A DNA stretch of 64,000 nt from the NCBI GenBank assembly GCA_950097015.1, contig CATNEN010000007.1, positions 12,648,001 through 12,712,000 of the forward strand, in the 5' to 3' direction. This stretch comes from Macrostomum hystrix (Eukaryota > Animalia > Platyhelminthes). The notes beneath the pieces were generated by a model. The model ran no database searches, had not been told where the DNA came from, and saw nothing but the letters and a program-made list of their open reading frames with translations. A program made the translations under genes and the position numbers. This document shows positions 1 to 13,185 of this stretch, one piece after another. The stretch's first letter is position 1. Every line of letters starts with the position of its first letter.

Positions 1-1511
1 GCAGCAGAGTAAATAGCGAGCCGCCAAGGGGCCCCTAACCGGAGAAGGCAGAATTTTGAAATGCAGGCGGGGAGTTTACTGACTGCACGACTGCTATTAG
101 ACATTGTGACCGGGCAGGACCCCCCGAAGATATATGGGGGAGGGTTAGGCAAACAGCAATGGAATTAGTGAGTTTAACAATTTGTCGCCTTTGTCTCATT
201 GCCTGCTGAGCTGCCCATGCAGCACAGAGTGGAGGCACAAATCTGCAACACACTTGAAGAGGTCGCGCCCACCCCAGCAAAAGCAGCGAAATTAAGATTA
301 GCCCGAAAGACAGGGCGGCCACAGATCAGAGAGAAGGGGGCGAGAGGACGTCTGCAGCTTCCCACGGGCTCTCCAGCTGTGCCCAGCCAGCCATAAGCAG
401 GGCAGCCTTCTTTGGTAATTTCGATACCGCGAGACTGCTGGCCCGGTGCCAGAACACGCGCATTGGCGGCTGATCCACAAGCTGTTCCTGCGAGCCCACA
501 GAGGCTGGACCAAGCAGAATATTAAGAATAAAAATACTTATTGCCAGGAAGAACAGCCCCGGTGAGTACTGGGAGAACGCACTTAATAGCAGACAGGCCC
601 AAATAACAGAGAATATCGCGTAGCTCGCGTGACACACTGGCCAGCCCCCCTGTCCCCTGCCCGCTCTCAAATTTCCAAACCCACCCGGCCAGCCGCCCCG
701 GAAAAGCTTCTGTTTTGACGGACGGCCCTGCACTGAAGCAGCAGGCGGAGAGGGGGGACAGGGGGAGTGGCAGGGACAGAGGGGCAGATACGGGCCTGGT
801 CTGTCTGGCCTTTCTTCCCCAGCACTCCCCCTTGCGCAGCTCCCACACCGCAGCCACCGCTATGCCAGTGCAGCAGCTGCACTGGTGCCCTTTTAAACTA
901 GACGTGCCCGCCACCCCAGCAGTCAGGCTAAAATTCAGCAGCGGCAGAGCGGGCCGGGAGCAGATAAGGGACGGAGAGGCGGGGACGGGAAAAGCCAGGG
1001 CGGAGGGTGGAGGGCAGCAGATCACGCAGAGGCCGCGTGTGCTGGGGGCCGGTCCTGTACCCGCCCCGAAGCGCGGAACAGCCCAGTGACGCAATGGACT
1101 GAGGGGCTCTTATCAGTCCTCGAAGGCCGCTGCAACTGACAGCAGGCACTTTCGCTAGCTGCCATCGCCAGTAGCAAATCTGTACAGCAGAGCAATATTT
1201 CCTGTTAGCTTACCAAACTGCAAATTAAACAATAAAAATAATAGCTAGTGCCAGTGAAGCAAGTCTGTGAAAATAAAGTGCAAAGTGGCAGCAAAATAAT
1301 CGCATAGCCCGTTAAAAGTAAAACACAAACAAACAAACGAAAGTGAGCAACTGCGCGAACAGCCGGGGGCTAAACACTGAGAGGAAGGCCAGCTAAGCTA
1401 AGAGGAGGCAGCTGGTTAAACAGAGAAGGACAGGTGACAACAGCGATAACAGACAGGACACACCGACATCTGCTGAGTAAAACAGCAGCAGCAGCAGCAG
1501 CTTCAACTTAC

Positions 1512-1547
1512 TCGGCCTCATCGGACTGTCGCACCTGCTGTCCGCCG
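1512..1547 (-). CDS. Possible 36-nt phase 2-2 micro-exon of RalGPS (GGQQVRQSDEA)
   Basis: TAG acceptor (1550-1548), GTAAGT donor (1511-1506), open in the phase left by exon 2378-2072; no homology support. Confidence 0.4.
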
Positions 1548-2071
1548 CTAGAACCAAGGAGGCAAAAGTATTGCATGAACTTCGGTAAGCCAGAAACCCA
1601 GGGACACAGCCAGACTACAGTGTATGCACTTTAAGGAACTCGGACATTTGTCACTCGCCCGAATGCTAAGTGGTCGGGCGCAGAAATTGCCAATTAAAAG
1701 CTGTCGCAGGCCATACATATTCATAGTAATAGTAATAATTCAAGTCTGACAGGCCGGACGGGCTGGGGCGCTGAGGCAATAAATCTGTGCTCAGGGGAGC
1801 GGAGAGATGAGACCAGCTAGGGGAGAGGGCTTGGGGGGGAAGCCAATAAATAATGATGCAGACAGGAAGCTGGGAGACACGGGCACGACTGTGGCAGGGC
1901 GGGGTCTGAGGCAGACATTCTAGCGGATGAATGAGCAACGCAGCTGTGAGTAGGCTTCTGTTTAAAAGCTGGCAATGTCTGGAGCATTGTGGACACACGA
2001 GAAAGCAAGTGGCTGCATGCGAATCGAACTCGCGGCACCAGTAGAGTGGGAAAGCATGCGCACTGACTTAC

Positions 2072-5000
2072 GCATCGCTAAAGCTTTTGGACTTGCGGTG
2101 CCCTGCCGCATTCCTGGAGTCCGAGCCCTGACTATCCAGACGGCCGCGCGGTCCACCGCCGAGCTCGGAGGCCTCCGGCAGCCGCAGAGATTCCTGGTGA
2201 TGTACGCCACCGGAGCCGGGCGGGCCACCAGCGAGACCGCCGCATACGCTGAAGCCGTCGCTGTGCGGCTCGAGATCTCGCGAGGTCTTGTAGTTGGCGG
2301 CCTCCACGAAGCTCTGCATCTCTTCGATGTAGGTCTGGCCCTCCAGGTAGCGGCGCACGTGCTCTTTGCTCTGGAAGTCTGCGGATTAACGCGGGGAAAC
2401 AGCTGATTAGCAACAAGCGGTTCTGTGCGAAACCAGGCCGAGCTTGCCTGACCAGAAGCGCTTCAATTGCAGAAAAATAAAAAACAAGGGCCGCACGCCA
2501 CGCCATCTGGGACTGTTTACTCACTGCAGTCACATTTGCTGTCAGGCTTATACTACGTAAACTCGTAATTCAAACTCTAGTTCAACATTTCTAATTCTAC
2601 AATGTGAAAGCAAAGCAGATGTTGCTGTGAATTGCAGTCACATGGTCCTGCCCTAACTGGCCTACAATTGAATTCCTTGCCATCTACAGACCAATTTAAA
2701 GGAACTCGCGAAGCCGCAACTTACTGTACTGCGACTGCTGATAATCTGACAGCAGGCGGCAGATGTTGTTCATCTTGTCCTTGCGGGCCTGCGACTCCAG
2801 GCCGCCAGTGCTTGGGTGGCACGTGTCAATGTACACCAGGTCATTCATGTAAAGGCCTGCGGGTTGGGTGGGCAATGCTCAGTTTTTTTCATGCGAAATC
2901 TTTGTTAATTAAAAGAAAAGCAAGAACGCGAATTGAAAATATTTACAGCCGTAACAGCGGCAATCATCCAATAGGTGGATGGCGAGTCTGCCGCGATTCA
3001 AAGAAGCATCAAGAGCTGCCAGAAGCGGCAATCATCCAATAGGTGGATGGCGAGTCTGCCGCGATTCAAAGAAGCATCAAGAGCTGCCAGAAGCGGCAAT
3101 CATCCAATAGGTGGATGGCGAGTCTGCCGCGATTCAAAGAAGCATCAAGAGCTGCCAGAAGCGGCAATCATCCAATAGGTGGATGGCGAATCTGATGCGA
3201 TTCAAAGAAGCATCAAGAGCTGCCAGAAGCGGCAATCATCCAATAGGTGGATGGCGAGTCTGCTGCGATTCAAAGAAGCATCAAGAGCTGCCAGAAGCGG
3301 CAATCATCCAATAGGTTGATGGCGAATCTGCTGCGATTCAAAGAAGCATCAAGAGCTGCCAGAAGTGGCAATCATCCAATAGGTGGATGGCGAATCTGAT
3401 GCGATTCAAAGAAGCATCAAGAGCTGCCAGAAGCGGCAATCATCCAATAGGTTGATGGCGAATCTGCTGCGATTCAAAGAAGCATCAAGAGCTGCCAGAA
3501 GCGGCAATCATCCAATAGGTTGATGGCGAATCTGCTGCGATTCAAAGAAGCATCAAGAGCTGCCAGAAGCGGCAATCATCCAATAGGTTGATGGCGAATC
3601 TGCTGCGATTCAAAGAAGCATCAAGAGCTGCCAGAAGCGGCAATCATCCAATAGGTTGATGGCGAATCTGCTGCGATTCAAAGAAGCATCAAGAGCTGCC
3701 AGAAGCGGCAATCATCCAATAGGTGGATGGCGAGTCTGCTGCGATTCAAAGAAGCATCAAGAGCTGCCAGAAGCGGCAATCATCCAATAGGTGGCGAGTC
3801 TGCTGCGATTCAAAGAAGCATCAAGAGCTGCCAGAAGCGGCAATCATCCAATAGGTGGATGGCGAATCTGATGCGATTCAAAGAAGCATCAAGAGCTGCC
3901 AGAAGCGGCAATCATCCAATAGGTGGATGGCGAATCTGATGCGATTCAAAGAAGCATCAAGAGCTGCCAGAAGCGGCAATCATCCAATAGATGGATGGCG
4001 AGTCTGCTGCGATTCAAAGAAGCATCAAGAGCTGCCAGAAGCGGCAATCATCCAATAGGTGGATGGCGAATCTGCTGCGATTCAAAGAAGCATCAAGTGC
4101 TGCCAGAAGCGGCAATCATCCAATAGGTGGATGGCGAGTCTGCTGCGATTCAAAGAAGCATCAAGTGCTGCCAGAAGCGGCAATCATCCAATAGGTGGAT
4201 GGCGAGTCTGCTGCGATTCAAAGAAGCATCAAGTGCTGCCAGAAGCCGCAATCATCCAATAGGTGGATGGCGAGTCTGCTGCGATTCAAAGAAGCATCAA
4301 GAGCTGCCAGAAGCGGCAATCATCCAATAGGTGGATGGCGAGTCTGCTGCGATTCAAAGAAGCATTAAAAGTGAAGCACTGCCAGATGGCTTCATTTTCG
4401 CGGCTGCAGTGCATGATTCGAAGCGGCAACTACGCTCGTATTGCGCTGCTGCGGAATGAACCGTGGGAGAGGAGGAAACAAGAGGCGGGCAGGGGCTGTG
4501 GCAAATGTTGCAGCATGCGTGAAGCCTTTAGTCTCCGTGTTTACACACTGTCAGGCACACCAAGCGCAGCCCCGCTTCTGGCCGAGTTTGAAACTGCGCA
4601 GTAGCAGCAGCAGCATCAGCCCACTGTCTCCTGCAAGGGGGTCCCCGCCAGTTCGCTCGCCGTTCCTTGCAGTGCTTAGCAATTTGCCAGGACCGCTCGT
4701 AATCCAGCCGCAGATCGGACAACAATTAAGGCTGCATATTTGATTGCCAAGGTCACACTGAAGAACACTAGAACAGAATTGCGAAGCAGTTTGTCTTAGC
4801 TAAGAGAATTCTGCATGCACTGATCCATTAGCCCAGTGCAGTCGGACTGCACAAGCGAACACCCAGGCCTCCAAGGACCGACTGGAGAGATGAAGTTTAC
4901 GACCGACGGGCGCTGCTCCTCGCATGTAAAATCCAATTTATTGAGCCCTCCTAAGTGTGCCAGCCATCCAGAAGATGGCTGGACTTGGCTGGCAAACCTG

Positions 5001-7869
5001 ATGAAACCAGCTGAGTTAGATTGCGCTCTGTACTCACCCAGGTAGGGAATTACGGGCTGCCGGATGTCCTGCATGAGCCTTCGCAGCCGCTCGTGGTTGC
5101 TGTTAGCTGAGAACAGGTCCGAGAGCCGCTCGAAAGCTTCAACGTGCTTGCGCGGCAGGCTGGCCCACGTCTTCTTCAGGCGGAAGATCGGCTGCGACTG
5201 GAGCGCCGCCACCACAGCGAAGGTGCCGTGCAGGTTCTGGAGCTCATACAGCTTCTTAGCGATCTTGATGAAGTGTGCCAACACTGTGGCGCGGTTGGAC
5301 AGGCTGGCAGTCTCTAGGATGCACTTCTGCACCCAGAAATTCACGTTGTTGAAGACTCGCGTGAACTTCACAACATTTGGCGCGCGCTGCTCCTTCTCGC
5401 GGCCGTGCCAGGCCACACTGGTCAGCTCGTCGGGCTGGATAGCGGTGAACACCGGCAGGAATATCAGCGTGATCTCGCGCGCAAATTCCTCGGCTGGCAC
5501 CTTCGTGAACTCAAACACAACCTGGTCGTAGCCGTCCTGCAGGTGCGCGGCTCGGGACCCGGGGCCGCCACTGGCGCTGTCGGCTTCGTCGCCGCCCAGG
5601 GCCGCCGCTACGGCCGCGGAGGAGGCGGACGAAAGGGCGGGCGGGGTCACGGAGACGGCCGCAGTTGGATTGGGCAGCGGGGGAGTCGGGGCTAGGTAGA
5701 AAGGCAGCGGCTGGGACGAGGGGCTTGGCATTGAGTCGCTGCGCTTCGGTGGCAGGGCGAACGGATTCTGCGGCTGCTGCAGGTGGTGCTGAACTTGCAG
5801 CGGGTGCTGCCGGGAGCTGAGAGAGGCAAAGGAGTCCGGCCGGTTGGCCAGGCTGGGGGCCACGCCGGCTGGCAGAAGGTTGTGGCCGGCCGGGGAGATT
5901 GCATTCAGTTGCTTGTGACTTCCCTGTGGGGTGAGGCGAGAGTGTGAGCTTTGACACGTGCGCTGAAGTTGCAGCAAGGGTGAGTATTAGTGCATAAACC
6001 CAAAGCCAAAGGTAATACGCAATCAGCTGCCAGGTGGGAAGTGAACCTCAGATAACAACACTAAAACTGCTGCAGCTGCCAGGTGGGAAGTGAACCTCAG
6101 ATAACCACACTAAAACTGCTGCAGCTGCCAGGTGGGAAGTGAACCTCAGATAACCACACTAAAACTGCTGCAGCTGCCAGGAGGCGTATTAGGGACTTAT
6201 CAGTTAATCAAATGATAGTCCGTAGTGAACAGGCAAGCTCAGAATCAAACTAATTCACGTAAATTGTAGCAGAGGAGAGGAAAGACGGAGCGACCAATGC
6301 AGGCGGCACTTGATTGATTGCAGGCAAGGTACACGGAAGCAACTTGACAGAGCGGCCTTGGGTGGCCGTGAGAGCAGGTATCGATTTTGTGAGCAGGCAA
6401 AGCGAATCACTCTTTGATGTTTTAATAACAAAGGCGATAAAAACAGACAAGCTGGTTAATCAGCGAAGAATCAGCACCGAGCTGCATACCAGGTGAGAAC
6501 AGCTGTTAAACATAATGCGGGAATGGCGGGGCGGGCCATGCGGCTCTAGCAGTGGAAAGACCGCATGAGCAGCCGGTAAGGCAAACAACCTACTCGAGCT
6601 CCTCCTGCCTCTGAGCGGGACCTCAAGCGGGAGGAACCGCCATCGGACGACACCCGGGTGAGACTCGGCGATACTGGCACTGCGAGTCCAAAGAATGCCT
6701 CGGCCTGTGCGATTCAGGGTGGGGAATGTCTGATCTGCTGTGCGAATCAGGGTGGGGAATGTCGGATCTGCTGTGCGAATCAGGGTGGGGAATGTCTGAT
6801 CTACTGTGCGAATCAGGGTGTGGAATGTCGGATCTGCTGTGCGAATCAGGGTGGGGAATGTATGATCTGCTGTGCGAATCAGGGTGGGGAATGTATGATC
6901 TGCTGTGCGAATCAGGGTGGGGAATGTATGATCTGCTGTGCGAATCAGGGTGGGGAATGTATGATCTGCTGTGCGAATCAGGGTGGGGAATGTATGATCT
7001 GCTGTGCGAATCAGGGTGGGGAATGTATGATCTACTGTGCGAATCAGGGTGGGGAACGTCTGATCTGCTGTGCGAATCAGTGTGGGGAATGTCTGATCTG
7101 CTGTGCGAATCAGGGTGGGGAATGTCTGATCTACTGTGCGAATCAGGGTGGGGAATGTCTGATCTGCTGTGCGAATCAGGGTGGGGAATGTCTGATCTAC
7201 TGTGCGAATCAGGGTGGGGAATGTCTGATCTACTGTGCGAATCAGGGTGGGGAATGTCTGGTCTACTGTGCGAATCAGGGTGGGGAATATCTGATCTACT
7301 GTGCGAATCAGTGTGGGGAATGTCTGATCTGCTGTGCGAATCAGGGTGAGGAATGTATGATCGGGGTGGGGAATATATGATCTGGATGGGGAAAGTCTGA
7401 TCGGGGTGAGAAATGTCTGATCTGGGTGGGAATCTCTGATGTGCTGCTTGTCCAGTGTCGCAAAGGAATATTCAAAGCACATGCAAGCTCTGGGTTCAGC
7501 TCAGCTGCTGAGTGCCAAGTGTTGAGTTGGCCAAGCAATGCTGGGCATTAGCATTAGGCACAGCCTGTTTTGTCTCCAGTGTGAGCAGCACCTGAATCAG
7601 TCACCTGTTCAAATAACCTGAACTGCAGCAGGTTGGTGCAGTGCAAGAACAAGCACAGCGGCGTCACTCACAGATTCGAAGGCCATGTTGACCTGCTCGC
7701 TGTCGTCAGCAGTGTGGCCTGCAACTTGCGGGTCTGTGGTGGCCTTGGTCAGGCAGAAGGAGTCCGGCGCCACGCCAGGTCTGGCGGTCCTCAGTGAGTA
7801 GGAGTGCGGCAGGGTGGACCTATGGTCCCTGAGGAAGGAGATGAGCTGCGGCCTTGAAGTCCAGTTCAT
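2072..7869 (-). CDS. RALGPS: Ral-specific guanine nucleotide exchange factor RalGPS (CDC25/RasGEF domain); 3' part incl. expected PH domain lies left of the mapped exons/outside the window
   Basis: Phase-consistent GT-AG exons 7869-7672, 5962-5038, 2856-2725, 2378-2072. Translation: EEFAREITL...APNVVKFTRVFNNVNFWV...HFIKIAKKLYELQNLH...IFRLKKTW...IPYLG|LYMNDLVYIDTCHPSTGGLESQARKDKMNNICRLLSDYQQSQY|NFQSKEHVRRYLEGQTYIEEMQSFVEAANYKTSRDLEP...GHRKSKSF. No REM domain, typical of RalGPS. Exon 1 is less certain. Confidence 0.9.
2957..4365. repeat. 68-bp tandem repeat, ~21 copies (RalGPS intron)
   Basis: Unit gcggcaatcatccaataggtggatggcgagtctgctgcgattcaaagaagcatcaagagctgccagaa. Confidence 0.97.
6024..6181. 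repeat. 49-bp tandem repeat, ~3 copies
   Basis: Unit cagctgccaggtgggaagtgaacctcagataaccacactaaaactgctg. Confidence 0.9.
6706..7440. repeat. 33-bp minisatellite, ~20 copies, degenerating rightwards
   Basis: Unit tgtgcgaatcagggtggggaatgtctgatctgc. Confidence 0.95.
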
Positions 7870-8429
7870 GAGTGCGGATGGCTGGGACGGCGGTGCGGCA
7901 ACAAAACAACACAGAAGCTGCCCTGTGCGGTGTCATCCGGCGGTGCGGGCGCTGGCGGGCTGCCGGGGCATCCGGGGCGATGTCAGGTCGGGCTCAGTCG
8001 CCTCCGAGCTCCGCAGAGAAAACTCGCTCTCACTTCAGTCTAGTCGAGCCGCGGCGTTTAAAAAATAGGCAAAAAGGCTGGGAGTCAGCGGGGGCAAGGG
8101 AGGCGGTGCTGTGCTATGGCTGTACAGGCAGTGGCTCACATGTCGCGCCGCAATCTGCAACAGGCAGTGAGAGTGTTAGCAGGCACAACTGCAGCAATCA
8201 TTTAGGCCAAGTTTTCTTCCCACCATCACGCAACTGTGAAGCAGGGGTTGGTGAGCTGATGCTGGCAATTTTTCGGCAGTTTTCTGCGCACCCAAACTCT
8301 TTCTATCTGTGCAGTCCAAACTTTCGCTCTGCATTTGCCACAAGTACCCACTCCATCAAATCTAAGGGCAAAGCTGAAACACAAGCTGTCTTTTCGATTT
8401 GCTTTATCTCTTTAACAAACAGATTATTC

Positions 8430-11400
8430 TAATCCATGGTTAGGCAAATGTCTGGCTTCCAACAAGAGCAAGTAACAGCTTTTGCATTGCAACTGACAAA
8501 CTTGAGACTCAGAAAGTTGGGCATTTCTGTGGTATCACACATGTTTTAACATTGAAAATCAAGGAGGATTGCAGATAACAATTTTGTAACATTTACCAAG
8601 TATTACATAATATAAACAACACAAAGAGCTAATATAAACAGCTAAAAGAAGTTAAAAAATACTTATTTCTTCCAAAAAAATTCTGTTTAGGAATGCATTT
8701 TTTACCATTTGAAGATAAAATAATGTTGACGTAATAACTGACAAATAAATATTTTGTTTATTCATAGATATATAATATTTTATTAATAATTATTATTCCA
8801 AAACTTTTCAAAGCTTAATTTATAGCTAAAAGGTGAAAACACAAAATACTTTGCAATTCAATTTTGTCAGACAAAAATCTACCCAAATTTAGATATGACA
8901 ATGTAACTCTAAGTTTTAGTCTGTCAAGCCTTTATACATGCTAGTGAAATGGCTATCCTTTAGTTTCACATTTTTAATTCAAATAGATTTATATTAAAAT
9001 ACCAGTTTTGGTAAAAATATAAACAATAACAAATACCCAACAAGCAACAAGCTACTCAGTTGCCATAGTACTAGACTCATATGGTTTAGCATTGTAACAC
9101 CCAGAAAATAATGTTGCCAAAGGTAAAAGGCAAGGCAGGCTAACCAGGCAAGAATAAAATTATGCTTTCTTCCAAGTCACTCCCTCTGTTTCTTTTCTCT
9201 CTTTGGTTTAGCCTTTAGGCCATAGACATACCCAATATCCATATACTGCTATTTCATTAAAAAAAACTTGCATGACCATACGTATTTACTAGCAAAAGCT
9301 AGGATAGCCCTTATCTTTCATAACATATGAAACTATAGAATGGTTGTAAAATGTATCTATCTTAAAATCTTAAAGTAGCTTAAAAACCTTTCTAGAGTTT
9401 CTTAATTTCTAGAGTATTGCTTCCACTTATAGAATCCAAGCAAAGTTAAAAACCCTTTAGGAATAATAAGGCCACAAGAAACAATATGCATACCTGTGCA
9501 ACACCCGGCCGACCCAGCCAAACCGGCTGGGTGAAACAAGGGCCAAGCAAGGTAAGTTGCAAAAACCAATTGACCAGGTGCAAAAAATCAAAGGGGGGAC
9601 CAAGGGACAAAAAAGGAAGGCGTGAAGAAAAGGAAAAAGGAAAGAGAAAAAGAGAGCAAATAAGAGCAAACTAAGTTGTAAATTAATCAATGAAATGAAC
9701 TAAGTCGCAAATGAGAGCAAAAACTAAATAGCACGGCCGGCTAAGATTTGGGAGGTTGGGCATCTATGACAATATTCATTTATTTGTTGCATTTTATAGT
9801 AGTATATATATCATTTACTTTTTCAAAACAATAGGAAATTCAATTTCTGAAAACATACTTCCCAAAAGATAAACATTTTATTTTTTGTACTCTACAGAGT
9901 AGAGTGGAGCAAAATAGTAAATACATAATAGTCCAGATCATATAGTTTATACACAAAATTTTATTGTGAAGTTGAGTTTGGCATATTTTCTGACATAAAT
10001 TTAATGATGAAAAAATTCATGGTGCAAAAGTTTGGATGGAGTATGAAACAAGTATTTTATTAGCACAACCTTAGTTAATAGTAGAGAATAATAGCAACCT
10101 ATGCAATGTTATTGTAAAGCAAAGTACTTGTAAATTAAAACTTTGTATAACTTTTTTATGTTTTTAACAAATTTTCTTACATATATATTTTATTTCCTGT
10201 TTAAGTTTTGCTTTTTGTTATTGTTCATATTTTTTATTCAGAAATGTAAGGCATTGTAGTTTTATTTTAAACATTGTCTAATCAAAAAGTTAAATATCTG
10301 TTTAAACACTAACACACATTATTATTTTTATTCTGGGTGTCCTTTTCTGATTGGCATAATTTGGCATAGAGCTTCGGGGCCAGTTTTCCACTTGGCATAA
10401 AATAAAAAAAGCATCTCTAATTTCTTCTGGCATATGGTCAGCATGATCCAGACTAAGGCAAATACACTATGACAACTGAACATAGTGTACTTGTGCTTAA
10501 TCACTAAAGAAAAATGCAATGAAGGTTTGCAATTTGCTAATATAAAAACTTCTCATCCTTCAAATTTTAAACTTCTACATAGGCCTAGTATAAATAGAAA
10601 ACCATAGGTCATAAACCATAAACCATTAGATACTTTTTAAAGCTTCCATAAGCATAACTGACAGTGTGACATTGTCATTATTCTTAATGGTCCTACATTA
10701 TATTTATTAGCTATTGGCATAAGAAAGCCACTGATAGTGGTAAGTGAATAAACGCGTGAGACAAATGTCATAAAAAATCGTCATACATAATTAATTAGAA
10801 AAACAGGTACTGTTCTATTGATTATAATTTAGTGAAGAAAGCACCCTAAAGGAACAAATCATACGGACAGCAGTTTTATCCGCCAAATGTTAACTTTTAA
10901 ACAAGGAACTTTCTGAAAGCACTATGGCATGCAACTATAACTGCAATGCCGCCAACAAAAATATACGGTGCAGAGAGAACGCTCTGTAGTGATTTAATCG
11001 ACGAAATTAACTTTTTTGGCTTTTATGCAATTCCACTTTAGTAGCTAGAGATCGCAAGCGTTAATTTACATAAGTTTTTTTAAAACATATTTTAATTCTT
11101 GGATTGCTTAAAACATTAGGATTAGTTTTTTAAAAGTTTAATGAAAGTAGTATTTTTTGTTATTCTTTCTCTTTTCTTTCCGGACAGGACAAACAATGCT
11201 GGCTATATCGTTAAAATTGAAGTGAAAAAAAACAAAAAATGAATTCTTAATGACGCAAAATTAACAACCAAACACGCGTCCCAAAAGCTATATTGATATA
11301 TTTTCGTGCAAACACCTACTTTATATAGTTGTATGTTGTATGTTGTATATTGTCTGCTTTATTGAGATTAATATATAATGTGTGTATAATGTATATATGT

Positions 11401-11560
11401 AATGGCTTGAGATAAATGTATAATTAAGCTTCGTGGGTTTACATTTATAAATATTTGTAAATTACAAAATTATCTCGCATGATCAAACGCATGCATTCAT
11501 AAACCTTGCAAATCGCACAAAAACTAGCTTTTTGGTAGACCGTTTATTAAAGTGTGGATG
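8430..11560. promoter_or_regulatory. AT-rich island between the TBC1D2 3' end and RalGPS 5' end (likely RalGPS promoter/5' region)
   Basis: Compositional island upstream of RalGPS; minus-strand AATAAA at ~11358-11363 and ~11543-11548 may end the TBC1D2 transcript. Confidence 0.4.
9489..9768. mobile_element. Non-autonomous hAT-type MITE, copy 1
   Basis: Ends CATACCTGTGCAAC / GTTGGGCATCTATG; 8-bp TSD ACAATATG/ACAATATT (7 of 8 match); body is the reverse complement of 37254-37574. Confidence 0.85.
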
Positions 11561-13185
11561 ATGAACTGCCGATTTGTGCGTTGGCCGTTGGCAGTACTTC
11601 ATACATCGCCTGCTTTGATAATTTCTTCTCTAGAGTGATTCTCTTGAATGGCTGAATTTCCGGTTTAGTTGGGTTATCAGGCCAACTGCACCAGAAAAGT
11701 AATATTCGAATATCGTGAAGGCTTATAAAACTTCAGTCTCGAATTGTGCAGAATTTTGCAAACTTTTTTGTTTATACAGCTCTTATATGAGTATATGAGC
11801 TGCTACTTGACCCTTAACGATGAGTAAAAGTAAGCAGGAAGACACCAGCAGGACGCGTGTCAAGAATCCATTCCATTTGTATTATGCGACAGCAAATATA
11901 ACAAAAGGGTTAGAGTGAGTGTTACAAATAGGCGCCAATCACTACAACGGTTGTGCGCGCAAAACCACCCAAAACAACATCGACATGACCGACAATAACT
12001 GTGCGTCAGCGAAAAGACAATAATAGACCAATATGCGATGGATGGGTTTACCGGATGAAAGACAAGTACACAGATGAAGCGCAGTGGTTGGTTTAGTTGG
12101 TTGGTTGCCGCGCAATTCAATATCGCTATCGGGCTTGAAGGCATCAATGAAGAAGCTAGAACAATAAACAACTATAATCTGGCAATAAAAACTCACTTAA
12201 CCAACGCTTGCTTGAGTTTGACACAAATGGGTTGCTTTCAGCCGCGAGAGCTGCAGGTGAGCTGCCAACCACCCCATGAGTGAAACTGCAAGCTTCATCT
12301 GATCTTTAGTTTGTTCGTGAGTATATACTCGTAGTTCTTAGAAGTGTCCGTCATTGCCAGGTCACCTTTGTTTGTGCATCTACAAGCTATCGCACCGCGG
12401 CAGAATTTTTGTCACTAACATTTATCAATTCGCTGGTTGCAGCAAATACCCTGCAAACGCTTGGCTGGTAGAAATAGTGAGCAGTGAAGGATTGGGAGAT
12501 TGTGCGGCTACTAAAAATAGAGTATACAGCTGAAAAATAGAAATCATGTGACGAGCGTTCTGAAACTGGAATGCATGGCTGAAAATGTGCGAATAAAAAA
12601 TGTGCTGGAGCCCGCGCCGATTGTGGTGCAGGGTGAAGGCCTCTGAATCCGCGAAGCGCACAACGCAGGCGCTGCGTATAAACTGGAGCAACAACGAACT
12701 GGTAGACAGCAGAGCTCACCAGCCTTAGAAAATTGAGAAACTTTTGGCTTGTGCTGAGCAGCAAAACAAGAGTGAAAAGCTGGAATTGATTCGAAGATTA
12801 GGCACAGGGCTTAGGCACAAGAACGCGGAGATGGGTGTGCATTGAAAAAACATAACAGTCGATTATGGTCGATTCTATCACATGTTGCATTGGGAATAGC
12901 GCAAGACTGCTAAATGGAAAAGACGACAATGCTGCTCTCACACAGCTACGAAAAGTAAAAGGACCGTAGAAACATCGGGGCTACTATGAGGAGCCCAAGG
13001 TGCAGGCCGCTGACGTGGTCTAGCATAGTAACAGCAGAGACTTATGTGCATGGACCTAATTTTCGGTTGGTCAGATCGAATATCAGGTACATTGATGCGG
13101 CTATTAAATAGTTTTGTGTGACACGAATAAGCGGGAACATGAGTAGTAAATGGTAAAGCAAGTCACCACACAGAGCTAACAAGAA

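Noticed and set aside
6460-7482. Long repetitive ORFs over the 33-bp array; likewise over 38284-40202, 52253-53483, 27760-28108, 28595-29044, 56300-56755
   Set aside because: Stop-free frames are by-products of minisatellites in introns or intergenic DNA, open in several frames and lacking unique coding flanks.
10328-10519. Small minus-strand ORF after an acceptor-like site in the AT island
   Set aside because: No recognisable homology or codon bias; could be a UTR exon or chance.
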